A DNA stretch of 64,000 nt from Iphione sp. A-MEVVRFRX5 (GCA_976226885.1 OZ320316.1:85002001-85066000); one strand, 5' to 3'; counted from the stretch's first letter, positions 39,531 through 53,400 are shown. Made by a program: numbers and translations. The notes: generated from the letters alone by a model not told the origin.

Positions 39531-42259
39531 TTTGCACAAGTACAAATGCATATAATGGTTTCTAATACTTCCTGCATTAAAGATGACATATAACACATTT
39601 GTGAAGGCTTTATTCATCGTTTGATACCTAAAATATAGTAAGATTACAATATCGATTAAATGGTGTTCAAAAGATTTCACTCAGCATTTCCTTTTTACTT
39701 AACCCTTTGGCGAGAGAATTGCAAGTCCAAACCTGGTCTTTTTCGTAGTTGCTTAGGTCAATTGCCTTACTCATCTCCGTAGGGCGGTTTATTCAGGCCA
39801 GTTCTCCTAGCGATTTCAAATATCATGTTTATATAGCCACGTTTGCCTTATCCCATGCCAAATAGGTTTGGCTTAGCCTGTTGTTCGTCTCCAGGGTCCT
39901 TACCGCTGTATGCCACCCGAGGGCGGGTCAGCGCTGTCCTTGGGCTATAAGCGGGAGAGCCGTGTGTGTCTGATTACCTTCACCCTCATGTGTTGTCTGA
40001 GACTGATGTGGCTTGGCCTTACCACACCACAGGAGTGTGACGTCTCCATGGTGAGGACCTGGAGGAAGCCGGCCTTCCGGTGGTACTTGATCAGGACAGG
40101 CAAACACGGAAGAGGTTGGTGCTGTAGGCTCCTCTGTGTCCCTATAACCGCTACACATACGCCAGGAGGGCCCTCGACGGTACCATCCTACCGGGCTGAA
40201 AACGTGTACACGTAAATGTGACAAGTGTCGGACCTCGGGTCAGCCACAAGCAAGTGTCGACGCTATGGACACACGCTGTAATACATTGTAGTCCTGACAT
40301 TACCTGTGTCGTTTTAATATGAATTGGGCACAAACAATTGTCTACTGAAATAGATAATCCTCCTGGGTCGATAAGGTATTAGCTGGTGGTGGATGATTTT
40401 GATTTTGCTTGACATGTTTTATGGAAATAACCCTAATTGACAAAAATGAGCAAGTAATGTTTCCACATACCTCTCTGGGATGTAGGGTCGGTAGACGAGC
40501 GACCCTGGGGGCTAATACATATGCTTCACAAGGTATATACAACATGTACATGTACTATTTACTGCTGTAGAATACAGACATTCCTTCATGAACGTGGCAA
40601 TTATTATGTATCAGTTTTAAGTTTGAGATATCAAGGTTCGTTAGTCTGTCATTTAAAAATGACACGAATAATTTTCCAGGGTATTATGAGGTTCACTGCT
40701 GACACTATAAAAAAAACTACTCAAATTGTAAAGGGAATAGGAGGAATAAATGACACAGGTTCCTAATGTCGCCATTCCATGTTTTGTATTCCTTATAGCG
40801 CAGGATTAATAAAGAAAGAGGTGGTAAAAAATTGGACTGTGCAACAGTTTGATTCATCACAAAGTAGAGGTGTAGAAGTGCTCGATTTTATGAGACAAGA
40901 AGCGTGATGAATGCGTGTAAATAATGATACATGTGACTCCGCACTGGAACATGAATATGATTTATCCGTACATCTTGATTATCTTCCAAGTACAGAATGG
41001 CGTAGACATTTTTAGGAGAAAATTGGTGTTGCAGCAGAATCGTGCGATCGTGTCTGTCGACTAGAGCCCATCTCTGGAACTGCAAGCATGCTAGAGGCAG
41101 ATCTGTCAGCCATATTATGTCGGTTAGGGATGTCGGGGGAGCGGTTATAGAGCAAGAACGACGCCCATTCGGTGCGACCAAGAGGCATCAGGGTTAATCC
41201 AAAGATGGCATGAGGTTGGTGACTTGAGATTATGCATAAATGGGAGTTCCCTCTCAAACCATAACCCGTCAGAAAAACAATATGCATAATCGACACCAAA
41301 CGGCTTCCACTATATCTACGGGAATCCCGAAATACCCTCCATGTTTACAGCCTTCTATGAGCATACGGTTTGTATATGTATACATTTATCATACACTATT
41401 TTATTTTCGTATCAAACTGCAAAATGCATCACCTACGAATATATGTTTTACTTCAAAACAGCAAGAGAAAAATTACATAAATCTGTATCTAATCTTGTGT
41501 TTCGCTTAAAGTATTATTATTCTAATGTCAAAGATAATATCATAATAAAACTCGTAAGATTCTATTTAAGCCAGTTTTTGTTAGGTTTTGTAAATGGTTC
41601 AAGCATAGATCTAAAATTGCGTTTTTCTAACTGAAAAGCCTAGGTTTCTGGCATAAATCTTGATCGCAACATTACACATGGATTTTGTACATTCTAGAGT
41701 ATGGTGGCGTCTCTATTTCCTGATACAATAAATTATTTACAACAAAACCTTCCGCTAGCGTAAGTGCTTCCTTAAGTAAGGCATTTTGTTCAAGGAACAC
41801 ATAATAGGTGGAATTCTCCATAGCGACAACATAATTACTGTGGCATGAATCTGAAAGTAAGCTATCTTTCTTAGCATTTACTGTCAATGTGATTCGCAGC
41901 CATTTGCACAGGGGAGTTTAGTAGTGACTTCGGTCATGGGACGGCTGAGGTTTAGTCGAAGGAGAACTAATGATGCAGGAGGGATTACGGTTATGTTGGA
42001 ACAGAACCTACGTCTTCTCAGAGAAATGAAGGGAAGAGGGGAGCACGAGGGCGTTGGCTGAATCGATTATCGCAAAAGCCTGGTGCCTTATGGCTGCATC
42101 CTCTATGGTCTAATTCGAACTAGCGCCAAATCCCGTTCTGGCCTTATTTGGTTTTGAGCTGGGTGCCGGCTACATGCAACATGTGTCTACAGAAAGAAAG
42201 GTCATTAGACTCTTGAGTCCTGCACACTCTTGCTCCGCTGTGGATGCTATCCAACTTAC

Positions 42260-42336
42260 CGGCGGATGCCCTCTGTGAGCCTCCTCTACCGGCACAGACA
42301 ATCCATCCAGCGCTGCTACCGCATACCCTCGCCAGA
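42260..42336 (-). CDS. Candidate internal exon 3 of an unidentified minus-strand gene
   Basis: Acceptor TCATTCCCATCCGTCAACTCAG and perfect donor CCG|GTAAGT. Phase 1->0, encoding WRGYAVAALDGLSVPVEEAHRGHPP; phase-compatible with 43365-43105. Confidence 0.4.
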
Positions 42337-43104
42337 CTGAGTTGACGGATGGGAATGAGCAGGACCCGATATCTACTCGCAGGATTCCAACCACCACCAT
42401 CAAGAGGCATTCTAATTTGAAGATTTAATGGCCATCAGGATTAGCATCGTTTTAATTAATACAATCCCTTCTGATGTAAAGGGTGGAAAGCATTCTCGTA
42501 TTTTTCACATTCGTTTAACAAAAGTGGTCCGTTCATTTTACTGGATTCGTAATTAATTAACTGTAATCAGTTCCATTCTTGTTTTTACCCGGAGAGCTTT
42601 ATTGTTTGTTTATTATCTTCAGGCATTGACGTTACTGGCGACTGTAGATAATTTATAGGAGCATTAAGGGTGGCTGTGTGCATTGTAGAGACGGCAATAT
42701 ATCCTAATTTCTTTCCATCATTATGCTGCATATTTCTGATACCTCATTTCTTTATGTGTACACTATGCAAATGCAAAGGCTTCACGTAACATTCAGTCTC
42801 ACACTTATTGGCGAATCAAACTCAAACTGCTATATAGATATCGCGCTACTAGCAATCATACTTTTTTTCTATTATAGTGCGACTTTCTGACAGGTTTAAG
42901 GGTTTAAACGTCATCAGCACCTATCAAATTTAGCTTAAGCCACACATTCTAATTGTTGACTAAGGATAGAATGCGACTGAGAATTTTCTTCATCGGTGTA
43001 TTATACTGTCAGGACTACGTACGATGATTTTATTTTATTGATCTACTATGGATTACACTAAATTACATTTATATCATGGCGTAAATGTACTGGGAACCGG
43101 ATAC

Positions 43105-43365
43105 GTTCCAGTAAACATAATAGGTGTGCAGGGAAAGATGATGCTTTCAGTAGCTTCTGGCAATTTAAGACAAGTCGGATCGGATAGTTGGACACGGCAT
43201 CGCCGGACAAGAATCCTTTTTTGATCCGAACAGTCCAAGGTGTCGGTGCTGAGCTCCCAGTGTGAACGTTACATAGACAAGGTAGTGCCTTCACAAGCCT
43301 ATCAGTCATTGCATATTCTATGAGGCTTTCGGAGGTAGTCAGGGTGCCTTGGACGGCTATTTTAC
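43105..43365 (-). CDS. Candidate internal exon 2 of an unidentified minus-strand gene
   Basis: Acceptor GATCTTTGTAG, open frame GKIAVQGTLTTSESLIEYAMTDRLVKALPCLC...AHLLCLLE, donor C|GTATCC (weak). Phase 1->1, matching the upstream exon's phase-1 donor. Confidence 0.4.
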
Positions 43366-44976
43366 CTACAAAGATCACTGCTCTAGAATACTCCTTTGCG
43401 ATGTTTATGCGGGTAGCTATCCGGTTCGTCCACGATGTTTGAACGGTACAATTAAACCTCTTCTAAAGTGGCTTCGCAGGAAAGTGTAAAACTGGTGTTT
43501 GATTCTTCTGTTAGCTTGTTTTAAGAGTCTATACTATTTTGTATTTTAAATATCTCATTTAGGGGGTTACGAAATCAACAAGTTCACCTGTATCGTTCTA
43601 CAATTCTCAGAAACGTTGCCGCAAGTGGAAAGGTCCACCCTTTCCGTAGGATGCTTGCCACACGAACGTCCAGAGCTTGCTCACTTCGGGGAAAGAAATA
43701 GGAAAGTAGTATTTAACACTTCAGACCAGACCCCAGCGAAGCCAACGCCACACGTCGGTGCCACTGTCATTGTCTGGGGTCGGCCACTCGCACTGCTGGG
43801 CTGTTTTGGTCCATGTCAGTGGGCGTAAAGGGATGGCAACATGTCAAAGGCTGGTGCAAGGATCACTTTTCATGCCATGGCCTCCGTGAATTTTTAATGC
43901 TGTCGCCGGAGAGTCACGGACTGTATGGCTGCGAGATGGGCACTGCCAGTGAAGGGCCCTCCAGACCCTTGAACCAACGGCTGCCTCCTCCGCCTTCTCG
44001 CGTCCTGTCTCAGAGGGTGGTCCTCTTTATTTGGGCCATCCCGAGCGATATTTATAGGAGTTTGTTCTTCACCTAAATGATAAACAGGACTGTGCCTCAC
44101 AGATTTATTTATATCATGAATTCCATTTATAATTCATATGTCCAATACATAGGTATAATTATGCTTATTAAAAATCTAAGATAATATTGTCTTCGAGTGT
44201 TGTACGGACGCAATCATGAAGACATTTGAAAGAATGGCAATATCAAATGGACATAAAATATCTCTAATGCGACTACATTTCATACTGATTTTACTCAGTT
44301 TGTAGTTATTAATACATGTATACCCATCTGTAAAGAAATGACATGCTTGAGCTTTATAGACAATATCATATATGCCAATCTAGTATTTACTGCTGGATCT
44401 TAAAATATCCAGGGGGATAATACCTACATTGTGGCGTCCGAGTTTTACATAGACTATTAATCAAAAGGTAAATGTCATTCTTACTCTGTCAGCTTTGAAA
44501 CTTTTGTCTCTAGCATTTTCCGGAACTTTATGAAAGATTCATACAGGGCAAAAGATAATAATCAACGAGGATGATGGAATACAACGAGATCGATCAATGT
44601 CACTAATACTCATGCCAGGAAACTGACCGGGGACTCCTCGCCATTGCTTATCCAAGAAGAGCTTGCCTTATCACTTCGTACCATCACAAAAATAATCAAT
44701 TAAGTCTGCTCCTGATTCGGTTTTGTTTTGAATCATTCTTAAATGACCGCAGTCTGCACACAGAAGGTAAAAAGAATTCTGGAGCTTGTACCTGTTCAGA
44801 GATTTATCTTTTATAGAGAAGACGTTCATTTAATAGTATTACATGATTTTAGATATTGGCTAATTAACTCTAAATCTGATATGAATTTATTTCACAGAGC
44901 AAGATCTGTTTGCCTACTGGTTTGGCGATGAGGGAAAATCCTTAATTGAAAGGATAGAAAACAGGCGGCCACTTAC

Positions 44977-45310
44977 CGAACTCTCTTCCCGAGGTTGGTT
45001 CGGGGACGCGAAAGAAATGTAAATACTCCTTTCGAGAGAGGCGGACAGCCGACAGGGAGTACCACTTGAGGATATCTTGGAGTGCTTTCAGAGCTGGGCA
45101 TTGAAGGTCGAAAGCGTCGACGAATGAAATAAGAGCTCGTGTACAGGGAAATACTCTCCGAACAAAAATGCACCATGAGTTCCTAGGCTCATAATTATGG
45201 GCTCCGCTTGTATGGAGGACGTCAGTCCCTTCGGTAATCAGATCCTCAAATTCAACTAGTTTGGACCATGGAACGTTACGCCTTGATGAAGGAAAAGTAA
45301 TCTCGGTGAC
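44977..45310 (-). CDS. Candidate 334-bp exon of an unidentified minus-strand gene (absent from the ORF track: no start codon in frame)
   Basis: Begins right after ACCGTTTTAG, has 111 stop-free codons (VTEITFPSSRRNVPWSKLVEFED...FVDAFDLQCPALKALQDILKWYSLSAVRLSRKEYLHFFRVPEPTSGREF) and ends at the perfect donor G|GTAAGT. The 3' half is rich in C-ending codons. Confidence 0.45.
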
Positions 45311-46037
45311 CTAAAACGGTTATATTTGACTTTGTGAAAGTATCCATGGGCACAATTTTAACAACGGCAGTTCTGTAAATACCCTTATCACTTTGTTTCA
45401 GTCTTTCGTCCGTGCAGCCGAGTAACTTTTCTTTTCATTCCGGCTTCGTTTTGATTTCGTTTTTGCAATTCAAAATCAAATTCATCGAGGACCACTGGAC
45501 ATAAAATTTGCATCTTTATTTTCTCAGCCATGAGGAAAGGTACCCCTGATACTAAAATGCAACAATTCTATAACGCCGTATAAACGCAAATCTAATATTT
45601 TCATCTATACTTTTACGTTCCTCCTCTTCTGTATTGGGCAAAACACATTGGAACAGCAACGTCAGTCGTGAGTGAGCTGTCTTAAAGAACACCGCACAAT
45701 ATACGAGGCCTCGTTATTGGTTCCTACATTAGCCTAATCCTGTGTCCGTATAGGGAAGACAACACCTGCAGTTGGACAAGCAGAGGAACAGCACCCTTAT
45801 CTCCAAAGGTCCAGTTGTGTGTCCCCATTTGATTGACAACGTCATTATGCCAATTGAACGGGGAGTATTGGCTGATTATCAAACGGACTGCTGCAGCTGG
45901 TTGATTGAATGCCTGGCGCGCAGGCAGGGCACACACAGATCGTAGTTTGCCCCGGTCCCTAGGTGGTCTGGCATTAGGCAAAGGAACAGTGACATGTTTC
46001 TGGTCGCGACGGGAATAAAAATAAACTTGTCTTGTAT

Positions 46038-46125
46038 TATTTCGCCATCTTCTGTCACTCTTCGGCGCCATTCCTCGTTAAACTAAATTGCTGAGAGCCA
46101 TTGCCTCTTGCCACACGCGCCATTC
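46038..46125 (-). promoter_or_regulatory. TSS-proximal YY1-like motif cluster
   Basis: Three (A)ATGGCG motifs on the minus strand (CGCCATCTT ~46043, GCGCCATT ~46066, GCGCCATT ~46118) in a CpG-enriched patch, ~730 bp upstream of the 45310 exon. Confidence 0.4.
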
Positions 46126-47356
46126 GTATGTACTACTTCCAAATCCGAGCAGTTTTATGTAGATTCTGAGTTTGTAGCATATAATGACTTCTGAGAGACA
46201 AAATGATATAAGACTGTGGATTTTGTAAAGCTGAAAGAGTTATACTGCTGAGAACAGCAAATTGCTCAAACTTGCTCTTGGTGTGACTTCCCTTCTATTC
46301 AGGACAGTGAGAGCCTTTTCCAGCGGATAGTGTGTTAATTAATATATATGCATTTTCCTTGATATCTTAAGGATAGGCACTCACCAGGAATTGAATCCGA
46401 ATCTTCCAGTGATGATAACTTCGTTTTCTTGTCCCGGGGACGTTTTTATGTGGGCGACAGGCGGTTGTTAGCTCCGTCTTTTTCTCGTGGACACACCTCT
46501 TAAAGCGGTTCCATATGGGAGCGTACTACACGAAATACGAGCATGCGACCTGCAGGACGAGATCAAAGCGATTGGTCAATCGTCCTAATGGATGTCACTC
46601 AGAAGACGACCGCCCGTTGGGGGTTGTAATGTCGACTGCCTGGCGGGCCTGATAGTCCAACACCTGATCAGATATACACACCCTCAGTCCCATTAAGACG
46701 CACAGGAAGAGGCGGCTGAGGGAGCCTTGTAAGGCCGCTCCGCCCAAGAAAGCCCCGCTGTCGAAGTCGCACAGCGCGCTTGACCATACGTTCCCCTCAA
46801 TCGTCTACACAGAGATTTCCAACCAACCCAAATCAAGTAATCTCTGATAGGGATTGCATCTTGAATGCTGTTTCCAAATTCCTCCATTTTCAACCGCCCC
46901 ACGCCGAGGAAGTACTGATTTTATTAATTCCTGAGTGAGAGTGCTTTTAAAGGAATGTAAACATCTCCTGGGTACTATGTAAAAAGTGGACAAAATAAAG
47001 TCTTACAAGCGCTTATGTCATGTTCCCGTTTATTGATTATTGAATAGGGTGCAGCCCAAGGCTTTCTGTGTATTTTCAGTGCAAGCACGAGCTTTGTAAC
47101 AGGGACGTAGTTTCCAATAATTGTTTCGCATAATAAGATGTCACTACCATGCGCATATCTAGTTACGGCGAATGAGGGTAATTTGAAACGCGCTGTCCCC
47201 GAGTCTATCGAGTGCAGTTGTCAAAGGTACACCTACTAGGGCTGAGGCAAGAATTGCACGTGACAAGCGTTACCTGATACTGGGCCCTGCCGCCAGGCCC
47301 CTATGAGAATTCTGGAGAGTCTTTCTTTTGGTTCTCTTTTCGCACCTCTCCTCTAG

Positions 47357-47419
47357 CGTGCTTTACATGGTGCCTTGCTTGATCACAATGTGTCTCCCGT
47401 CTGCTTTGGAAGTGCGAGG
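47357..47419 (+). CDS. Candidate 63-bp exon (coding or UTR)
   Basis: Very strong polypyrimidine acceptor TTTCTTTTGGTTCTCTTTTCGCACCTCTCCTCTAG and donor AGG|GTGAGT. Two frames are open (VLYMVPCLITMCLPSALEVR or RALHGALLDHNVSPVCFGSAR). Confidence 0.55.
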
Positions 47420-50400
47420 GTGAGTACTTTATAAGAAGGGGGAGGGAGGGGTTGCCTGTCGTCTCGAGATCTCTGTTACCTGAGTCAGGTTTCTCAGAAA
47501 TACCGCAAAGTGCTGGCGATTCAAGCCAATCCTATGTAATAGGATCAGGCGTGAGATCACAGAGGATTCACGTCATTCACCGTCTCCTTCCCATGTTACG
47601 CACTTCATGAAATACGCAGTAGAGACCTGGACGCAGCCCACACAAGTAACTGCATGGGTAGGCGATTCAGGTCATCGATCGTTATGAAGAGATGAGCCAG
47701 AATAGATAAGGCGCCTTGTCCGGGGGGTACTTTGTGGAATGGCTGTGTGTACATGGGCAAGCTTAAGGGTGGAGGGATTTTAACTTTAGTAGCTATGAGT
47801 CAGGTTGATATTAACATTCAGATAACGCCTTGCCTCCATGATGAGGCTGACATAAAGTCGTTATGCAGGGGCGAGAGGAATTCTGGCATTCAGCATTAGT
47901 TATCGATCCCTTATAGATTGCCTGTAAATGGACCAGGGTGACATGGCGACGTGAAGCATCGGAGGCGCCATGCTCTCCTACCAGAGCTTGTCGTGATCCT
48001 TGTCGAGCAGCTCCTTAGCTTTCTTAGAAAGCGGGGTTTCACCGCAGGAAACTCGATCAATTGCCGCAGCAGCGCTTTGAATGACTACTGGGAATCTGAT
48101 TGGTCGACATAAAACGTTTGCACATGGCCCAGAAGTTGATCAATTGATGGAAGGGTGGTTACCAGTAAGGGTCGTTTGGATATGACCTACTGCGAGCAAA
48201 ACTCACCAGAAACTCACAGCTTAATGATTTTATACGAAGAAAGTTTCTTTATAAACATTTCTAAACACTCTTTACTTTTCCTATTGTCATTTTCTTTGTC
48301 ATGTAAGTAAATGTCTTAATGATATTTGCCAGCTTGGTTTTTGCAAGAAATGCCCATGGGGTATTGACAATAAAATTTTAGATAATTTTGTATTATGTTA
48401 TTATGTTTAAGAAATGCCTCTGTAATATGCGAAAATAATACTGTACACGCTTTCAAACGCATCTAATAGAATTCGTTCCATGTGCAGCTCAGTAAGGGTC
48501 TCTGAAGAAAAGCATCAACGGGGAATTTTGCCATGAGAGTTATATCATTTTCAAGCTTACGAAAACGACTTTGTACTTTACTCACTCTGCGCACTCCTAA
48601 TTTAACTAAGGATGCTACAATTAAAACTAATTTGGATTCACTAAAATCCTTTGACCACACCTACTATTCGAATGCGCTCAGATATACGATTTCTTCAGAC
48701 TGTGTAAAGCAACAGATAGCATTTCGAGTCCGAACAATGCTGCAGACAAACAATCAATGGATGGCTTGTCCAAGTGGAAGGTATGTGCCGCTTTACCTAT
48801 TGGATGTAGCACACAAAAGAAGACGTACAGGGCGACTGGAGCTGAGACAGCTGAACACACATCGCCAGGCAGCCATTCAACTCGATCCTGCTCATCGGAG
48901 CCTCTGCAAACGCCTCGCGTAATCACCTCACACAGAGGCCCCTTGGCCATCAGTACAGGAACATATACGTTACCGGAGGCAGAACTCAACTTAAGGAAAA
49001 TAAGTGAAAGAGAGCGAATTGGTTTCTACAAAAAAGTGCACGTCTGCTCAATACATGTTAACCATTAGCATCCTTGCCTGTATTTCTTTTTTTCGTCATG
49101 TATTTATTTAGTTTGGAAACCGTAGCCCAACGGCCTCCACGGCATTCATTTCGTACAGACTTTCGTATGTTAATAGCAGCCACTGTGCTGGTTCCATATA
49201 CCTAATGCGGCATTACAAATGGCGTAGCGTTAATTCAGTCAGCCGGCTCTGTCGAGGAGTTCTGGACCGACCTCCTGTTGCTGTCGACCATTCCTCTCCG
49301 GGCGGCCCGCCTAGACCTGTATGTGTGGCCGGTTGTAGTGAGTCCCCGCGGACAGGTTGATCTCATCCGGGAAATGTTTACTACTGGAGCGGGCGCGGCC
49401 GTCACGTTGCCTTGGCTGGCGACCGGGCGCGGCGACGGCCGCTCATGGCCTGATGAAGAGCGCACAACGAGGTGGCCAGCGCTCGTCTTGGCCCGCACGG
49501 CGGCAGCTTGTTCGCCCTGTCGGGATATAAGCCAAGCGGATAGGCCGGCTTTGATCCATTACTTGTTCCCCTGGCATCAGAAGGCCGCCGCTGACCGATG
49601 GATATTTAGTACCGGTGCCTCTGAGACGGAGAGGAGGTTGCTGCGTGTTAGGGGGTGGCCGGCTGCAAGTGATACGTCATAATGTCTGTTGGCCGCTGGT
49701 TTAGGAAAGGCTTGCCTGCTTACCCACTTGAAAGCCTGTTTTCCGCATCATGCACCAGTAACCGTAATTCATAATATCTAGACCAACCTTTTTCGTCTCT
49801 ATACTCTCGGCGTTATAGATGGTGTTAAGACGAATAACACGTGTTATCGTTCCACCAATGTATAGATGCTGCAGAGATGGAGCGATGGATCTGACAGGAC
49901 GATCGGGTGTCCTGGGGGGGAAATGATTTACTGTTGTGGTAGAGTTTCATTGGGAGAAAATAGTCAATACTTGTCATGCCCAGTCGTCTGGACTATTACA
50001 TCTGGAAGGGTCAATAACTCAGCTTCATGATGCGGGCGGTAGCACCTGTAAATAGGGCTATCTCTGTCAGTGACCTATAGATATCGCAAACATAATGTCA
50101 CAAAAATCAAAATATACATTCAGAAAGACATAATTGTAAGGAATAAACAAGGAACACTCCATTCGATATGCAGCATAGAAAATATGCATAGCTCATGGTA
50201 CCTATAGTGCCCCTTGGAATTTTTTGGTCGTAGAGAACAAATTTCATCCCCACAGGCTATGTTTATGACCCCCATGCTACTAAAACAAGCTTTGCTTCTG
50301 TGGAACCTTTACACTTAAGATCACACCGCTATAGGTATAGCCGGGACGTTTGTCCTGAAGCGACAAATCTTATCAGATACATGTATTATGGAGTTTTTAA

Positions 50401-53400
50401 ACCCAAACATTGCCTGATGGAGCCGTACTAGTAATTTACGCTGCGTTGCTTTGATTTACAAATTTCCAACCCATTCTCCACCAACCCTTTATGTGTCGTG
50501 TGTCATTTTTCCTATCCTTGTATCAATCGATTCAGTCTCATTTTTAGGTGAGTACTATTCTGCTCTAGAATTGATTCTGTCTTTTCTAATGCTGATCAAT
50601 ATTCGTGTACATCAGGTAACGAGAAGGCACTTGGTAGAGGGACTCGATCCTGCTATCAATGACAGTGGCAAGAAAGTTAATGGACCCGTTTTGGTTGCAG
50701 CAATCATAATAGTCACAGTGACAGAAGTCAACGGGTAGCTCCCAGTCCAAAGGGAGCCATGCAATCCTGAATCACAGCTGAATGTCCACGCTGCCAGGTT
50801 CAGGGAACATGGTAACATGCAAAACATTGCTAGTTCCACTCCAGTAGAAAACCTACAGGTGTTTATTTGTGAAGTGATGATGATATCTTACGACTACACA
50901 CAGAATAGAAAGCCTCAAATGAGCCCAAACATGGGACAAACGTTTTATCTGCAATATGTTTGATAATCGATTTGATTTCAACCGCACTTGGTAAATTATT
51001 CCATAACGTGAATTTCGGGAAATGTATTTGGTAATTCAATATCCCAATGGAAAAACGTATTTGCTTTTTATTTAAAATTTTTATAATATATGGATAGAAT
51101 ATAGCTGTTTTTTTAAATTGGTATTTAAATAATTGTCACCTTATCGCCGCTAGGAACTTGGAAGGTTCCGTACTGCCGCTTGGCATTTGGTTGTGTGTAA
51201 TTAGATTTGTGTTTGCATTGAACGACAATTACCACTGAATGGAAAGTATTTACTTTTTTAAATGATAGGAAATGCGGCCAAAATATATTCCTGAGGTGCA
51301 TGATCCAATGTTAATGTGTAATTTGTTTGTTGCACCGAATGTTTCTATTGATTGAATTAGTACGTGTCATTACACTTTCGCCATTAATATTTCAGTAGGT
51401 ACTATCTGTCAACAGCGAAGTGTTGCTAGCGTGTCTAACGTTACAGAGATCTTCCACCCCATACCAATGGTGAAACCAAAGTGGTATAAATGCACCCAGA
51501 GGAGTTGCATTACTGCTTCAAATCGCTCTCAGGACAGTGATAGTGGTGGTCCTGCCAAAGAATTCCATTGACTCACTGTTTCTCATTACAGCCACAATTA
51601 AACCTAAGCAAAGTACCCGAGTGCTAGTAGATATCGTTCAGTGGTAGTATGTACATAGACCAGAATAACTCCCTTGCGTGTAACGTTTCCTCAGCCGAGA
51701 TGGTTGCCATTTTTTCCGTTGGATATATCGAGAATTATCAAAATGCCCACATACACTGAAGGTATAAAACTCTCGCCCATCAACTCCGAAACGAGATGTT
51801 TGCCCATTCCGTGATGAGAATGTTACATAGAGATAAGATCGGTTCAAAGCCTAAGGGATATCAGCTCTTTATGACGAGACTTTTTTCATGAGACTCAGCG
51901 GAATTGAGAGGTGTGCAGAGTCATGAATAATATCGTGCCCAGACCACACCTAAGAAATCCGCATCTAATTAAGCTGGGTTGTCTTCAACAAATTGCTGCC
52001 GTGGTGTAAATGATAAATCAAAAGTCTCCTTCGGATATGTGCGAGCATAGCCCAAGTCTCTGGCTGAGCGATCCCTGGGCAGGAAAACATTCACATCAAA
52101 TTATGCGTCACATTACATGAACAATGACACCACCGAGTAATACATCATCTGGGGCGCAGCGATACGTTTATACCGGTGAAAAAGGTCCATCGGCATGCCG
52201 TCTATATATCCTCTGTTATCATTATCATTGTGCATCGCAAGGGGATTTCCTACTTACGCACTCAATATAAATAATCTCTAATTGATTTCCATAGCCCATA
52301 AAAAGGGCTTGCCGTGAATGAGACCTCAGGAGTTACTGTTTCGCTCGGGCATCCAAGCAGGACTATGGAAGGCTTGCTGCGGCTTGATCTAATTACAATC
52401 TGGTATTGTCTCGGTGACATCCAGCTTCTCCACTGAGTCCAGAAGGCCATTGCGGCCGTGTTAAAACCTCGTCTGGTCCATGTAGATGTCACTCGGCTTG
52501 GCAAGGGACTATTGATCGCCGACCCCTCGGCTGTGGGGCTTTGGTAAAAGAGCGCTGCGGGCTCGACTTTTCGCCTACCTTGTTCAATGCCCACCTGGCT
52601 TATTGGCCTTTTATTTCTTCTTGAGCTGCTAATCGCAAGGTCCTACATGGTCGATATTGGTTTTGAGTAGGATCAAAGAATGTCAACGGCGTGTCTGTCA
52701 TTGGATGTTAATTGACCATCTAATGTTGACGGAGTTTTATATCATATTCTCATACTAATAGTCCCATACTAATCGACCGAAATGTGTGTCTCTTCGATGT
52801 AATAGAACAAATCTTTCACACGATTTCCAAAATGCCGTGAGAACTGCCTGATATACTTCCATCCTCTGTTCTTCCACATATATTTCAGACGGACAGGATT
52901 GTATGAAAACTTCGTATAAATGAACTGAAGGAATTGATATTTAAAACTTCAATGATGAAGCAAGTAGTTAAAGTGGTAAACAACGTCTCATAAAGAAGAG
53001 GAGGCCAACCGAGGCCTTCTTTATAATTATAGAGAGTAGCTCAACTCTAACACGGGCATCACGAGTTGCCAGTTGACAGCTATCGTATATCAATATAATT
53101 AAAGGCACGATGACTTGGGAACATGCCAATAGACTTTTACGGCCTGTCACACAGATGTCGAAGGAATGTGACTAACGACCGCTCACCTGAACATGTCACG
53201 CCATTATAAACCGACTAATGCGTGATTCAGGCATCTGCAGCAGATGGTCGATGCAATTTAACTCGTTGGAGAGTGTGTAAGATTCCGTCACTCATGTACA
53301 AAAAACCCTTGCTCTCAATCGTACAGGGAATAATTGCTAGATTATAGGCTATGCGATATATATTTTGAAAATTTAAGTCCTCAGAGGAGATGACTATCGC

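Noticed and set aside
46370-46420. B-box-like GGATTCAATTCC on the minus strand (tRNA or SINE)
   Set aside because: No A box, cloverleaf or SINE body.
50953-50975. Partial similarity to miR-190 (ATATGTTTGATA); similarly miR-33-like GTGCATTGTAG near 42681
   Set aside because: Seed or 3' half mismatched, and no hairpin.
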